NCBI GenBank assembly: GCA_042408955.1
Contig: JBHOQQ010000164.1
Span: 1,138 to 65,137 of the forward strand
DNA length: 64,000 nucleotides
Reading direction: 5' to 3'
Origin: Thermomicrobiales bacterium
GTDB lineage: Bacteria > Chloroflexota > Chloroflexia > Thermomicrobiales > UBA6265
Shown: one piece after another, positions 9,768 through 18,010 of the stretch
Position numbering within the stretch: position 1 is the first letter of the stretch
How the letters are laid out: every line of letters begins with the position of its first letter
Made by a program: the position numbers and the translations under genes
The notes under the pieces: model-generated
Database searches by the model: none
What the model saw: the letters and a program-made list of their open reading frames with translations, nothing else
What the model was told of the DNA's origin: nothing

Positions 9768-12041
9768 GTGCCTCGCCTTTGCATGATCCTGTTTGCCGCG
9801 CTCCTTGGAGCCGCCTTCGGATGGTTGATCGCCGTTCCTGACCAACGGGCGATGGCCCACGCCGAGCTTGACCGAGCCGAGCCACCGCCCGACGCGCTTC
9901 TGGCGGTGCCGCCGCGCGTGCTCGACCTTTGGTTCACCGAGCCAGTCGTTGGTGATACTAATTCACCGTCTCTACGTGTGCTCGACGAGGCTGGCCGCGA
10001 GCTAGCCATGACTGACGTCCGCGTCGATGGCGAGCATCCTCGCCATGTCACGGCGCGCGTGAGCGGGATCAGCGGTGGCACCTATACCGTCGTGTGGTCC
10101 GTCCGATCGGGCGGTGATGGTCACACGCTGACGGGATCCTTCGCCTTTCGCGTGGGCGGTGGCCGCGTTCCCGGTGCTGCGGCGGTGCAAGGTGAGACAC
10201 CGCGCGGGTGGGCGGTTGCGACGCGGTGGCTCACGTTCATTGGCGCGGCGCTCGTGGCCGCGGGCTTCGCGGCTGGTCAACTCCTCTTTGGAGCTGCCGA
10301 GGTTGCTGCCTCGAAGCGCCGCCTCTGGGTCAGTATGGCTGGAGCGAGCGCGGCGCTGACCGCGACGCTCGCTGAGCCAGCACTCCAAGCACGTTGGCCA
10401 CCTGCAGGAGCGATCGCGCCGCGATTGGGTGACGCAATTGCTGGCTTACCGTGGGCGTGGTGGATCCGGCCCACGGCGTTGCTGGTGGCACTAGGGCTCA
10501 CGGCCGTGGCTCTCCTCACCTCGGCTCGGCGACAACGGATACCAGCCTATCTCGCTTGGGCTGGCACGGGTGCAGGGCTGGCGGCAATTGTCGGGCTGAG
10601 CCTGACCAGCCACGCGGCAGCGCGCTCTGGCTGGCGCGACGTTGCCGTCGGCGCGAACGTCCTTCATCAATGGGCAGTTGCGTGCTGGGCCGGCGGGCTG
10701 ATTCATCTCGCCGTCTGGTGGCCGGCACGGCGCGCCATGCCCGAGGCGCCTGCTCTGCCTGTGCGCCGGTTCTCGCGGCTCGCGCTCGGTCTGGCAGTCA
10801 TCGGCCTCAGCACCGGGCTCGTCAACGCCGGCTTCGTTCTGCCAGCCTTGCCTTCACTCTGGTCCACACGGTACGGCGGTCTGCTCCTCGTCAAGCTCGC
10901 CGTGCTTGCGCTCGTTTTCATGCTTGCGGCCTTTCATCGCGCTGTGCTGCGGGGTGCCGGGAAACGAGTCAGAGCGGTGCTTCGCTATTCGGTTCGCGCT
11001 GAGGCAGCGCTGGCTGCGCTCGTGGTGCTGGCTGGCGCCGGCCTTGCGCTCCTGGCTCCCCCGCAGGCACGGTCTGAACGCCCGATGGTGCTCGACCTGG
11101 CCCAGCCCGTAGAGGATGCGCCGGAAAGCAACGTGCTCGTGCATCTCCGATTGACACCGGCAAAGCCAGGACCAGGCACGGCGGCGGTGCAGCTTGCCCT
11201 CCCTGGCGGCACTCCAGCACCGATTGAGCCGCCAGCGTTGGTGAGATTGCGTTTTGTCAGCTTGGAGCAGCCGATCACCAGCGCACCGGTCGAGGCGCGG
11301 CCGGCCGCCGATGGGAGCTTCGTGGCCAAGGGCGTGGTGTTGGGCATCGAGGGCTGGTGGCGGGTGGAAGTGACGCTGCGCTGGCTCGGTCAGCCAGATA
11401 TTGTAGTGCCGTATTACATCCTTTTGCCCGATCCCAACCTGCATGGCATGGATGCTGTCCGCGAATGGCCCAGCGACAGCGGAGCGGCAGCCGTCTATGC
11501 GCGAGGTTCAGCCGCCGTCGCGGCGCTCCATCGCGTTCGCTACCAGCAATTGACGTCCGACGGCAACGGGCTTGGGGTGGTTATGCTGCACGAGGTCAAT
11601 GACGGCACCGATGGCAGCCCACCAGGGTACCGCCTGCTGATTCCGGGCCGGTCCGAGTCGATCGTTCTTGGAGAGCGTGGCTGGACCTGGCGCGCCGGGG
11701 AAGGGTGGACCACGTTCGACGCCTTTCCAATGATCCCACCGTCTCGTTGGGGCGAGGAATACGCGGGGGCCACCGGATTTCGGCTCGGCCGCGTCGAAGA
11801 GGTTGATGGCGAGCCGTGCCAGATCGTGACCTTCGTCGTGCCGGCCACAGCGACGCGCGCTGTCGCCTGGTATGCATGGTGGGTTGGCGTGGAAACGGGC
11901 CAGGTGCGCCGAGACGTGATGGTCTCCCGTCTCCATTACATGGTTAGTGACTTCTTTGACTTCGATGCCCCAATTGCGCTGCGACCCCCGGCGGGCACCG
12001 AGATCCAAGCCGCGGCTGACAATGATGCTGAGGCGCAGTGA
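9768..12041 (+). CDS. CopC-CopD fusion protein with a long C-terminal extracytoplasmic extension (YcnJ-like copper resistance/uptake protein)
   Basis: Signal peptide then CopC domain (AHAELDRAEPPPDALLAVPPRVLDLWFTEPV...GTYTVVWSVRSGGDGHTLTGSFAFRVG). About 8 hydrophobic spans follow (CopD-like). About 330 further residues include a YtkA/FixH-like stretch (VLVHLRLTPAKPGPGTAAVQL...WWRVEVTL). The track start is 9714. I prefer GTG 9768 (GGAG 9756-9759, 8-nt spacer); ATG 9783 is also possible. Confidence 0.85.
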   Translation: MPRLCMILFAALLGAAFGWLIAVPDQRAMAHAELDRAEPPPDALLAVPPRVLDLWFTEPVVGDTNSPSLRVLDEAGRELAMTDVRVDGEHPRHVTARVSGISGGTYTVVWSVRSGGDGHTLTGSFAFRVGGGRVPGAAAVQGETPRGWAVATRWLTFIGAALVAAGFAAGQLLFGAAEVAASKRRLWVSMAGASAALTATLAEPALQARWPPAGAIAPRLGDAIAGLPWAWWIRPTALLVALGLTAVALLTSARRQRIPAYLAWAGTGAGLAAIVGLSLTSHAAARSGWRDVAVGANVLHQWAVACWAGGLIHLAVWWPARRAMPEAPALPVRRFSRLALGLAVIGLSTGLVNAGFVLPALPSLWSTRYGGLLLVKLAVLALVFMLAAFHRAVLRGAGKRVRAVLRYSVRAEAALAALVVLAGAGLALLAPPQARSERPMVLDLAQPVEDAPESNVLVHLRLTPAKPGPGTAAVQLALPGGTPAPIEPPALVRLRFVSLEQPITSAPVEARPAADGSFVAKGVVLGIEGWWRVEVTLRWLGQPDIVVPYYILLPDPNLHGMDAVREWPSDSGAAAVYARGSAAVAALHRVRYQQLTSDGNGLGVVMLHEVNDGTDGSPPGYRLLIPGRSESIVLGERGWTWRAGEGWTTFDAFPMIPPSRWGEEYAGATGFRLGRVEEVDGEPCQIVTFVVPATATRAVAWYAWWVGVETGQVRRDVMVSRLHYMVSDFFDFDAPIALRPPAGTEIQAAADNDAEAQ

Positions 12042-12283
12042 GTCACGGCTGAGGGTGATCCCGTTTCATACGTGGATTCTCGTGCGCCGAACATGGCCGC
12101 GGTGAGAACGCCATGCCCACTGAGGCCGGTTCCTCGGTGATGACAATCGTCCATCGCTGCCCGTTTATAGTAGTGGTACCTCCGAACGTGGGGACCTGAG
12201 CGATCGTTTGGTTGCCGTCTCGGCAACAGATGTAAGGCGTCGGAATCGCCATCCTCTGGCTGCCCCGCGTCGCCAGTCAAGAG

Positions 12284-12327
12284 TTAGTCTAGTCTATCTT
12301 GACAATTAGTCTAAGATAATATAATAT
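12284..12327 (+). promoter_or_regulatory. Sigma-70-like promoter (TTGACA-17 nt-TAATAT) flanked by TTAGTCTA direct repeats, upstream of the multicopper oxidase
   Basis: -35 TTGACA at 12299-12304, 17-nt spacer, -10 TAATAT at 12322-12327. TTAGTCTA occurs at 12284-12291 and 12306-12313 (22 nt apart, bracketing the -35), with an extra GTCTA at 12292-12296. The 50 nt at 12281-12330 hold only 13 G/C by my count, in a GC-rich window. Confidence 0.45.
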
Positions 12328-12361
12328 GTTTCTATTAGAAATTTCCAGCGAGGGGATGACG

Positions 12362-13492
12362 ATGAGGCCGCTCCAACCACGCGTAGACCGCCGTACCCTC
12401 CTCCGTTTCGGCGCTGGGAGTGGTGCCGCCGCCGGCGCTGCTGCCGCGCTGCCGCTCATCCTGCCAAAGGGAGGCGCCGCAACCGGCGGAATTCCCTCTG
12501 TGCCCTCCCACGCTCGTCACCAGGAGGACGACCCGCACGGCGGTCCGGGGCAGGGACATGGCCCGAGCATGACCGTCGGTGACGTCGATGTCACGCGGAT
12601 GCGCTACGACCCGTCCGTCTTTGTCACGACCTTCGACTACGGCGAAGTGACCACCTTGGCCGATGGCACGGTGGTCCGGGAATGGCAAATCGTCGCGATT
12701 GATAAAGAGATCGAGATCGCCCCGGGCGTCTTCTTCCCCGCTTGGACGTACAACGGCCAGGTGCCGGGACCGACACTCCGGTGCAACGAGGGTGACCGCC
12801 TCCGGATCCACTTCGTCAACAATGGCTCCATGCCGCATACCATCCACTTCCACGGCATCCATAGCGCGTACATGGATGGCGTTCCCGGCATCGGCCGCGG
12901 CGACATCCAGCCGGGCGAGTACTTCGTCTATGAGTTCGAAGCCAAGCCCTTCGGCTGCCACCTCTATCACTGTCACACCAATCCGCTTAAGCGCCACATC
13001 CACAAGGGGCTCTACGGGGCATTCATCATCAATCCGGACCCTCGCAAGCACGGCGACTTGGCCAGGACGCGCCATCCCGACTATTCCGAGTCTGCTGAAT
13101 GGCAAGAATTCGTCATGATCATGAATGCGTTCGATACGACGTTCGATTTTGAAAACGAGGTTTATGCAGTCAATTCCGTGGCGTTCCACTATGTGAAGCA
13201 CCCGATCCGTGTTGATAAGCGTCGTCCTATTCGCATCTACCTGATCAACATGACGGAGTTCGACCCGATCAATTCATTCCACCTTCATGCCAATTTCTTT
13301 GACTATTACGACACCGGGACGACCCTGGAGCCGACCTTGCGCCGCGTCGATACGATCATGCAGGCGCAAGGGCAGCGGGGCATCCTGGAATTCAGCTACC
13401 GCGACCACGAGCCCGGGCTGTACATGTTCCACGCTCACGTCTCGGAGTTTGCCGAGCTTGGCTGGATGAGCCTTTTCGACGTCAGGGGCTAG
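12362..13492 (+). CDS. Two-domain multicopper oxidase (Tat-exported), T1 site in the N-terminal domain
   Basis: Twin-arginine signal (RVDRRTLLRFGAGSGAAAGAAA). Copper motifs HTIHFHGIH, CHLYHCHTNPLKRHIHKGLYG, FHLHANF and MFHAHVSEFAELGWM. The track start 12326 sits inside the putative -10. ATG 12362 has GAGGGG 6 nt upstream; ATG 12356 is also possible. Confidence 0.85.
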   Translation: MRPLQPRVDRRTLLRFGAGSGAAAGAAAALPLILPKGGAATGGIPSVPSHARHQEDDPHGGPGQGHGPSMTVGDVDVTRMRYDPSVFVTTFDYGEVTTLADGTVVREWQIVAIDKEIEIAPGVFFPAWTYNGQVPGPTLRCNEGDRLRIHFVNNGSMPHTIHFHGIHSAYMDGVPGIGRGDIQPGEYFVYEFEAKPFGCHLYHCHTNPLKRHIHKGLYGAFIINPDPRKHGDLARTRHPDYSESAEWQEFVMIMNAFDTTFDFENEVYAVNSVAFHYVKHPIRVDKRRPIRIYLINMTEFDPINSFHLHANFFDYYDTGTTLEPTLRRVDTIMQAQGQRGILEFSYRDHEPGLYMFHAHVSEFAELGWMSLFDVRG

Positions 13493-13511
13493 GACAAGGA
13501 AGGTTTCTGCC

Positions 13512-14735
13512 ATGTCCGAAGGGACGGCCTCTTCAGCGACGATTGCCGCGCAATCCGCCCGGTGGAAGCTGGCGCGCTCCCCGGTCCTTCTGGCGCTTGG
13601 GCCACTCGCTCTCCTCCTTGGCGTGCTGGCGCTGATCGTCGCCACCGACGCTGGACTCGGCGATCGGGCCGCCCCACCGATCGAGGCGCTCAGCATCCAG
13701 CGGGTCCGTCTCCCCGCGCCCGGAGTCATTGAGCTGCGCGTCGTCAATGATGGCCCTGATCCGGTCACCATCGCCCAAGTGCTTGTTGATGAAGCGTATT
13801 GGCAATTCACCATGGATCCGCCAGGCAAGCTCGACCGCCTTGCGGCGGCGACGATCCGAATTCCCTACCCGTGGGTCGAGGGCGAGGCGCATGGCATTGC
13901 GCTCATCAGCTCGACGGGCGTTGTATTCGAGACGGAGGTGCCGGTCGCGCTGGAGAGTCCGCGTGCTGATCGGGAGAGTGTGCTGCGCTTTGGCCTGGTT
14001 GGGCTCTACGTCGGGATCGTGCCGGTCGCGCTCGGGTTGCTCTGGTATCCGCTGCTTCGCCGGCTCGGGCGGCATGGCATGCATTTCATCCTGGCGCTGA
14101 CCGCCGGTCTCCTTCTCTTCCTCGCGGTGGACATGTGGGAAGAGGCGCGGGAGGTGGCGCTGGTCGCTCCGGCCGCCCTTGACGCCGTCGTGTTGATCCC
14201 GCTGCTGGCGCTCCTTGCTGCTGGGTTTCTGGCCGTGATCGGGCGCTCGCTGCAGCGGCGAGGCGAAGAGGCGGGTGGGCTAGCGCTGGCCTACCAGATC
14301 GCGATCGGCATCGGGCTGCACAATCTCGGCGAGGGACTGGCGATCGGCAGCGCCTTCGCGATTGGCGAGGCCGCGCTTGGTGTCTTCTTGATCGCCGGCT
14401 TTACGCTCCACAACGTCACGGAAGGTGTCGGGATCGCCGCGCCATTGGTTCGACAGCGACCGCCGTTCTGGCATTTTGTCGCTCTCGTCGCGGTCGCTGG
14501 TGGCCCCGCCATCGCTGGTACCTGGATTGGGGCGTACACCTTCTCGGCCTTCTGGACGGCGGTCTTTCTCGCCGTGGGTCTCGGCGCGATTCTCCAGGTC
14601 ATCATCGAGGTCGGCCGCCTCATATGGCGCAGCCAGCGCCGGCACGCTGAGCCCGGGCTGACATGGGCGACCTTCGGAGGCGTCGCGGCCGGCGTTGCGG
14701 TCATGTATCTGACCGCGCTCCTGATCGCCGCATAG
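13512..14735 (+). CDS. ZIP-family divalent metal transporter with an N-terminal extracytoplasmic domain
   Basis: 407 aa. The C-terminal half has ZIP signatures GLHNLGEGLAIGSAF and TLHNVTEGVGIAAP. The N-terminal ~130 aa after a signal anchor look beta-rich (VIELRVVNDGPDPVTIAQVLVDEAYWQF). Confidence 0.8.
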   Translation: MSEGTASSATIAAQSARWKLARSPVLLALGPLALLLGVLALIVATDAGLGDRAAPPIEALSIQRVRLPAPGVIELRVVNDGPDPVTIAQVLVDEAYWQFTMDPPGKLDRLAAATIRIPYPWVEGEAHGIALISSTGVVFETEVPVALESPRADRESVLRFGLVGLYVGIVPVALGLLWYPLLRRLGRHGMHFILALTAGLLLFLAVDMWEEAREVALVAPAALDAVVLIPLLALLAAGFLAVIGRSLQRRGEEAGGLALAYQIAIGIGLHNLGEGLAIGSAFAIGEAALGVFLIAGFTLHNVTEGVGIAAPLVRQRPPFWHFVALVAVAGGPAIAGTWIGAYTFSAFWTAVFLAVGLGAILQVIIEVGRLIWRSQRRHAEPGLTWATFGGVAAGVAVMYLTALLIAA

Positions 14736-16674
14736 CTTCCTGTTGTGGCGGTGGTAAGGTGAGCTCCGCGACGACCGGCTTGTGATCCGACGTCCAGACA
14801 TCAGGGATGCGCGTCGCTCGCACCGTGATATCTGGCGTCACAAAGATGTAGTCAATGCGCTGACCTCGTTCGGACGTTGTTACTTCCGGCCCCAGGTCAG
14901 ATCCGGTATCCACTAGCCCGGCCGCGGTGATGCGAACAACGACGTCAGAATCCGGTGGCGCATTGAAATCCCCGCCGATGACCGCTGGGGCCTTGCCGTC
15001 CCAAAGCGCTAGGAGCTGCTCAACCTGTTCGAGCCGGACTGCTCCGGCCTCGTCTGGGTTGTCCAGATGCGTCGCAAACACCCAAATGGAGCCAGATTCC
15101 GTTTCAATTTGCGCTCCAACGGCGCTGCGGTGAAGGTTGACGGTCGAAGTGAACTGGCGGATCAGGGTCGAGGAGACTGGGGCGCGCGTGAGAATGGCAT
15201 TACCCCAAAGGCCATCGCGCGAAGCCGCGCCGAAGATCAGCGGCATGTCGAGCCGCTGGCTCAGCCAGCGCGCTTGGTCGATCCCGGTGAGGATGAACCA
15301 GCCCCGGCTCACTTCCTGCAAGATGACGATGTCAGGCTGTTGTGCCTCGATCGTCCGCGCGATGCGTTCGAGACTCCAGCGATTGTCGCGAGAGAAACCC
15401 GCCTGGATGTTGTAGGTGACAACGGTCATCTCGCGTGCGAGTGGAATGGAAATAGCGGGCTCCTCGTCTCGAAGCATGGATCTGAGGGCGACTACCACAG
15501 CGAGAATCAAGACGATAGCGGAGAGCGCCGCGAAGCGCCGGATATGCGGCGTCGTCGCGACTGGCCGAGGAGCGCCGGCTAGCAATGCTCCAGCGATCAA
15601 TCCACCGACCACTACCGTCATGAGGCGTGGTTGCCCGGTTTCGCTGTAGTAGAGGAACACCGTTGCGGCCTGCAGGGCAAGACCGGCTGTGACCCAGACG
15701 GCGGTCGTGATGAGACCCGGGCGCCCGGCAGGGCGGGCGGGACCGCGCAAGGCGTGGACAAACAGGGTGGCCGCACCGAAGGCGCCCAGCATGCCAGTAG
15801 CTTGAGCAAGGTCTGGCGAGCGCCAGATGAGCCACGCGCCGAGCGCTGTGAGCCCAATAACACAGGCCAGAAGCGTCCACCGGGATCGTGGCTGCCGCTC
15901 GTCGAACCGTCGCACACCGAGCAGCAAGCCTGTGCCAGCGGCAACACCGACAATCTGGGCCAAGGAGAGGCGCAACCCGACAATCCCAAGTGATTGATCA
16001 AAGCGTACCTCGGCGAGACCGAGGTTTCCCGTGACGAGGTGATACAGCGCCAAGCCCGGCCCGAGGGCAAGCAGTGAGCTATTGGCCTGCCAGCCTGCCT
16101 CACTGAATGGGCTCCGGGGCCGGTCGCGCAGGAGAGGAAGCGTGGCCAAGAGCATGCCTGCAATGAGGATCACGCTCAGCAGATGCTGCGAGGCAGTTGG
16201 CATCCAGGGCAAATCGACCGTGGTGTACGCGAGCCGGATGGTGAGGTCGAGCGCGAGCCCCAAGCCGATTCCAAATGCGGCCGGATCGCGCCAGCGGTTG
16301 AGCAGCGCAATGACCAGCCATCCCCAGACGACAACGGCTGCAGCGCCAAGATACATGCGCGCCACCGGGTCCTCCCAAAACTGGAGGATGGCGCGGCTGG
16401 TCGCCAGCACCATGACGGTGCCGGAAATCAGCCACCGAGGTAGGAGCCATCGCGCGGCAACGGCCATGAGGAGCGGAGAGCAATAGACGATGGCAGCATT
16501 GCGGGCGATCGTCAAGCGTTCGCTCTGATCGACGACGACGATCATGTAGGCGAGGAACACGCGGGTCGCCTCCAGCATCAGGGTGGTCGCGAGTGCCGCC
16601 ACCAGCACGGCTGGCAGCGTTAGATCCACGCTGAAGCGTCGCCACCACAGTCGCCACGACCATCTCGCACGCAT
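14701..16674 (-). CDS. Polytopic membrane protein with a C-terminal endonuclease/exonuclease/phosphatase (EEP) domain
   Basis: The C-terminal ~250 aa are EEP: MTVVTYNIQAGF...PDIVILQEV...WGNAILTR...GGDFNAP...SDHKPVVAEL. About 12-13 hydrophobic spans precede it. The track ORF runs to 17103, but its first 143 codons are Arg/Ser-rich and overlap the divergent gene. ATG 16674 (MRARWSWRLWWRR...) is the likely start. Confidence 0.75.
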   Translation of the reverse strand: MRARWSWRLWWRRFSVDLTLPAVLVAALATTLMLEATRVFLAYMIVVVDQSERLTIARNAAIVYCSPLLMAVAARWLLPRWLISGTVMVLATSRAILQFWEDPVARMYLGAAAVVVWGWLVIALLNRWRDPAAFGIGLGLALDLTIRLAYTTVDLPWMPTASQHLLSVILIAGMLLATLPLLRDRPRSPFSEAGWQANSSLLALGPGLALYHLVTGNLGLAEVRFDQSLGIVGLRLSLAQIVGVAAGTGLLLGVRRFDERQPRSRWTLLACVIGLTALGAWLIWRSPDLAQATGMLGAFGAATLFVHALRGPARPAGRPGLITTAVWVTAGLALQAATVFLYYSETGQPRLMTVVVGGLIAGALLAGAPRPVATTPHIRRFAALSAIVLILAVVVALRSMLRDEEPAISIPLAREMTVVTYNIQAGFSRDNRWSLERIARTIEAQQPDIVILQEVSRGWFILTGIDQARWLSQRLDMPLIFGAASRDGLWGNAILTRAPVSSTLIRQFTSTVNLHRSAVGAQIETESGSIWVFATHLDNPDEAGAVRLEQVEQLLALWDGKAPAVIGGDFNAPPDSDVVVRITAAGLVDTGSDLGPEVTTSERGQRIDYIFVTPDITVRATRIPDVWTSDHKPVVAELTLPPPQQEAMRRSGARSDT

Positions 16675-16891
16675 CCGGCTGACTCCGTTCGTGTCGCACC
16701 CAGGGGGAGGCGCTGCCCACCCATGGCAACGAGCATCCCATATCTCGCGAAGACGGACAATCCGCGAAGGCTTGGGCGTGCGGTGATGGAGAACGTTGTG
16801 ACACGGTGTGCTCGCTCTGTCGTTGTCTGCTATACTCGTGAGCACCCGCACGGACGTTCGACTTGTACGGACACCAAGGAGCGGGCCAGCA

Positions 16892-17977
16892 GTGACGTTT
16901 GCAGCCAGCGTCGCGCGGCTCCACGCCGAATTGAAGCGCCAGGGAATCGACCTCCAGGATATGCGCGCCGAGCGCCATCTGGAGGTTACGCTGGTCGCGA
17001 ATCCGGACCTCGATCTTGAGGTGGATGGAGCCACCTCGCCGCGATCGGAATTTCGGTGGTTGGAGCCGGAAGGCGACTTCTTCCGGAGCGTGCCCGCTGG
17101 CATCCCGTCGGGATTTCGCTACTTCCTCGACGGGACGCAACGAACGCTGCCCGCTTTTTTCTCAGCATTCGTGCCGATTATCGCTACCATCAACGCGGCC
17201 GCCATTCTTGTCCGGAATGACGAGGGGGATTGCGCGATCATGCCGGGAATGCTCCGGCTGCGCCACCACTGGCTCGCGCCGCGCCGCTCTGGCGATCCAG
17301 CGGTGGACCGCTTTATCGCCACTGTCGAGCGCCAGCCGTATGCGGCAGGAGGCAGCGCGGAGCCGCCGATGGTTTCCTGCGTGATCGACCCGATCCACCA
17401 TCTTGACGATCCAGCTTACAAGGCGGTATTAGAAGATTTCAGCCGCCTGATCTATTTAGCGTATGACAAGGCGCGCAAGCTCCGGCAGGAGCTTGAAGAG
17501 GACCTGCTACGCGATTGGTGGAATGCCACGGCCGGCACGCCCGATTGGATTTTGGTAGATGGCGCCTTGCGCATCGCCCAGCCGCGCATGGTGGGCCTCG
17601 TTAAATCGTTCACCCGCCACTATTTGACCGGCGAGGCGGCATCCGCGCTGCTTCGCCTGCCGCGTGGACACCGCTCGCCGGCGTTCGAAGTCTTTGATCG
17701 CTGGTGGCGCGGCACACCGGTCACGGCATGGTATCTCCGCTTGCGCGACGCCACCGGCCGCGATCCGCGATATGGCCTCGTCCGCGTTGAGACATCGCCG
17801 GAGGTGCGCGACACTGCCCAGATCGATGAGTTGTCGTCCTGGATCCTCGCGGAGCGTATCCCGAGCGCAACAGCGGACGCTCGTTGGGCGACGCTCCTCT
17901 ATCCGGTGCATTTCTTGGAGCAGATTCTCAAGCGGTACTTGGAAGCGGAAACGCGCGGTTGGCCGTCTCCCCGCTAG
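16892..17977 (+). CDS. nurA: NurA-like nuclease
   Basis: Matches archaeal NurA motif by motif, by eye: RYFLDGTQRT (cf. AIDGGS), WILVDGALR (cf. ILMDGSL), VGLVKSFTR, TAWYLRLRDATGRDPRYGLVRVE (cf. FYTRL..VIRVD), LLYPVHFLEQILK (cf. YPFPLLKAH). GTG 16892 follows AAGGAG (16876-16881). The track start is 16808. Confidence 0.65.
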   Translation: MTFAASVARLHAELKRQGIDLQDMRAERHLEVTLVANPDLDLEVDGATSPRSEFRWLEPEGDFFRSVPAGIPSGFRYFLDGTQRTLPAFFSAFVPIIATINAAAILVRNDEGDCAIMPGMLRLRHHWLAPRRSGDPAVDRFIATVERQPYAAGGSAEPPMVSCVIDPIHHLDDPAYKAVLEDFSRLIYLAYDKARKLRQELEEDLLRDWWNATAGTPDWILVDGALRIAQPRMVGLVKSFTRHYLTGEAASALLRLPRGHRSPAFEVFDRWWRGTPVTAWYLRLRDATGRDPRYGLVRVETSPEVRDTAQIDELSSWILAERIPSATADARWATLLYPVHFLEQILKRYLEAETRGWPSPR

Positions 17978-18010
17978 CAGGCTGGCCCGACGTTGCACGA
18001 GGGAAAGGCG

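Noticed and set aside
12043-12252. 69-aa minus-strand ORF (MAIPTPYICCRDGNQTIAQV...) divergent from the AT-rich MCO promoter. I considered it as a small copper regulator or chaperone.
   Set aside because: No MxCxxC, CsoR or HTH pattern. The SD-like AGAGG abuts the ATG with no spacer. The evidence is insufficient.
16675-17103. The N-terminal 143 codons of track ORF 14701..17103, and similar 5' extensions of track ORFs for pcm, nirK, the agmatinase-like gene, CHRD, KAS II, the L,D-transpeptidase and ktrA
   Set aside because: The extensions are Arg/Ser/Pro-rich, lack homology-like sequence, and overlap divergent genes or promoters. Internal ATG/GTG codons with good SD sequences, followed directly by signal peptides or conserved N-termini, fit better.
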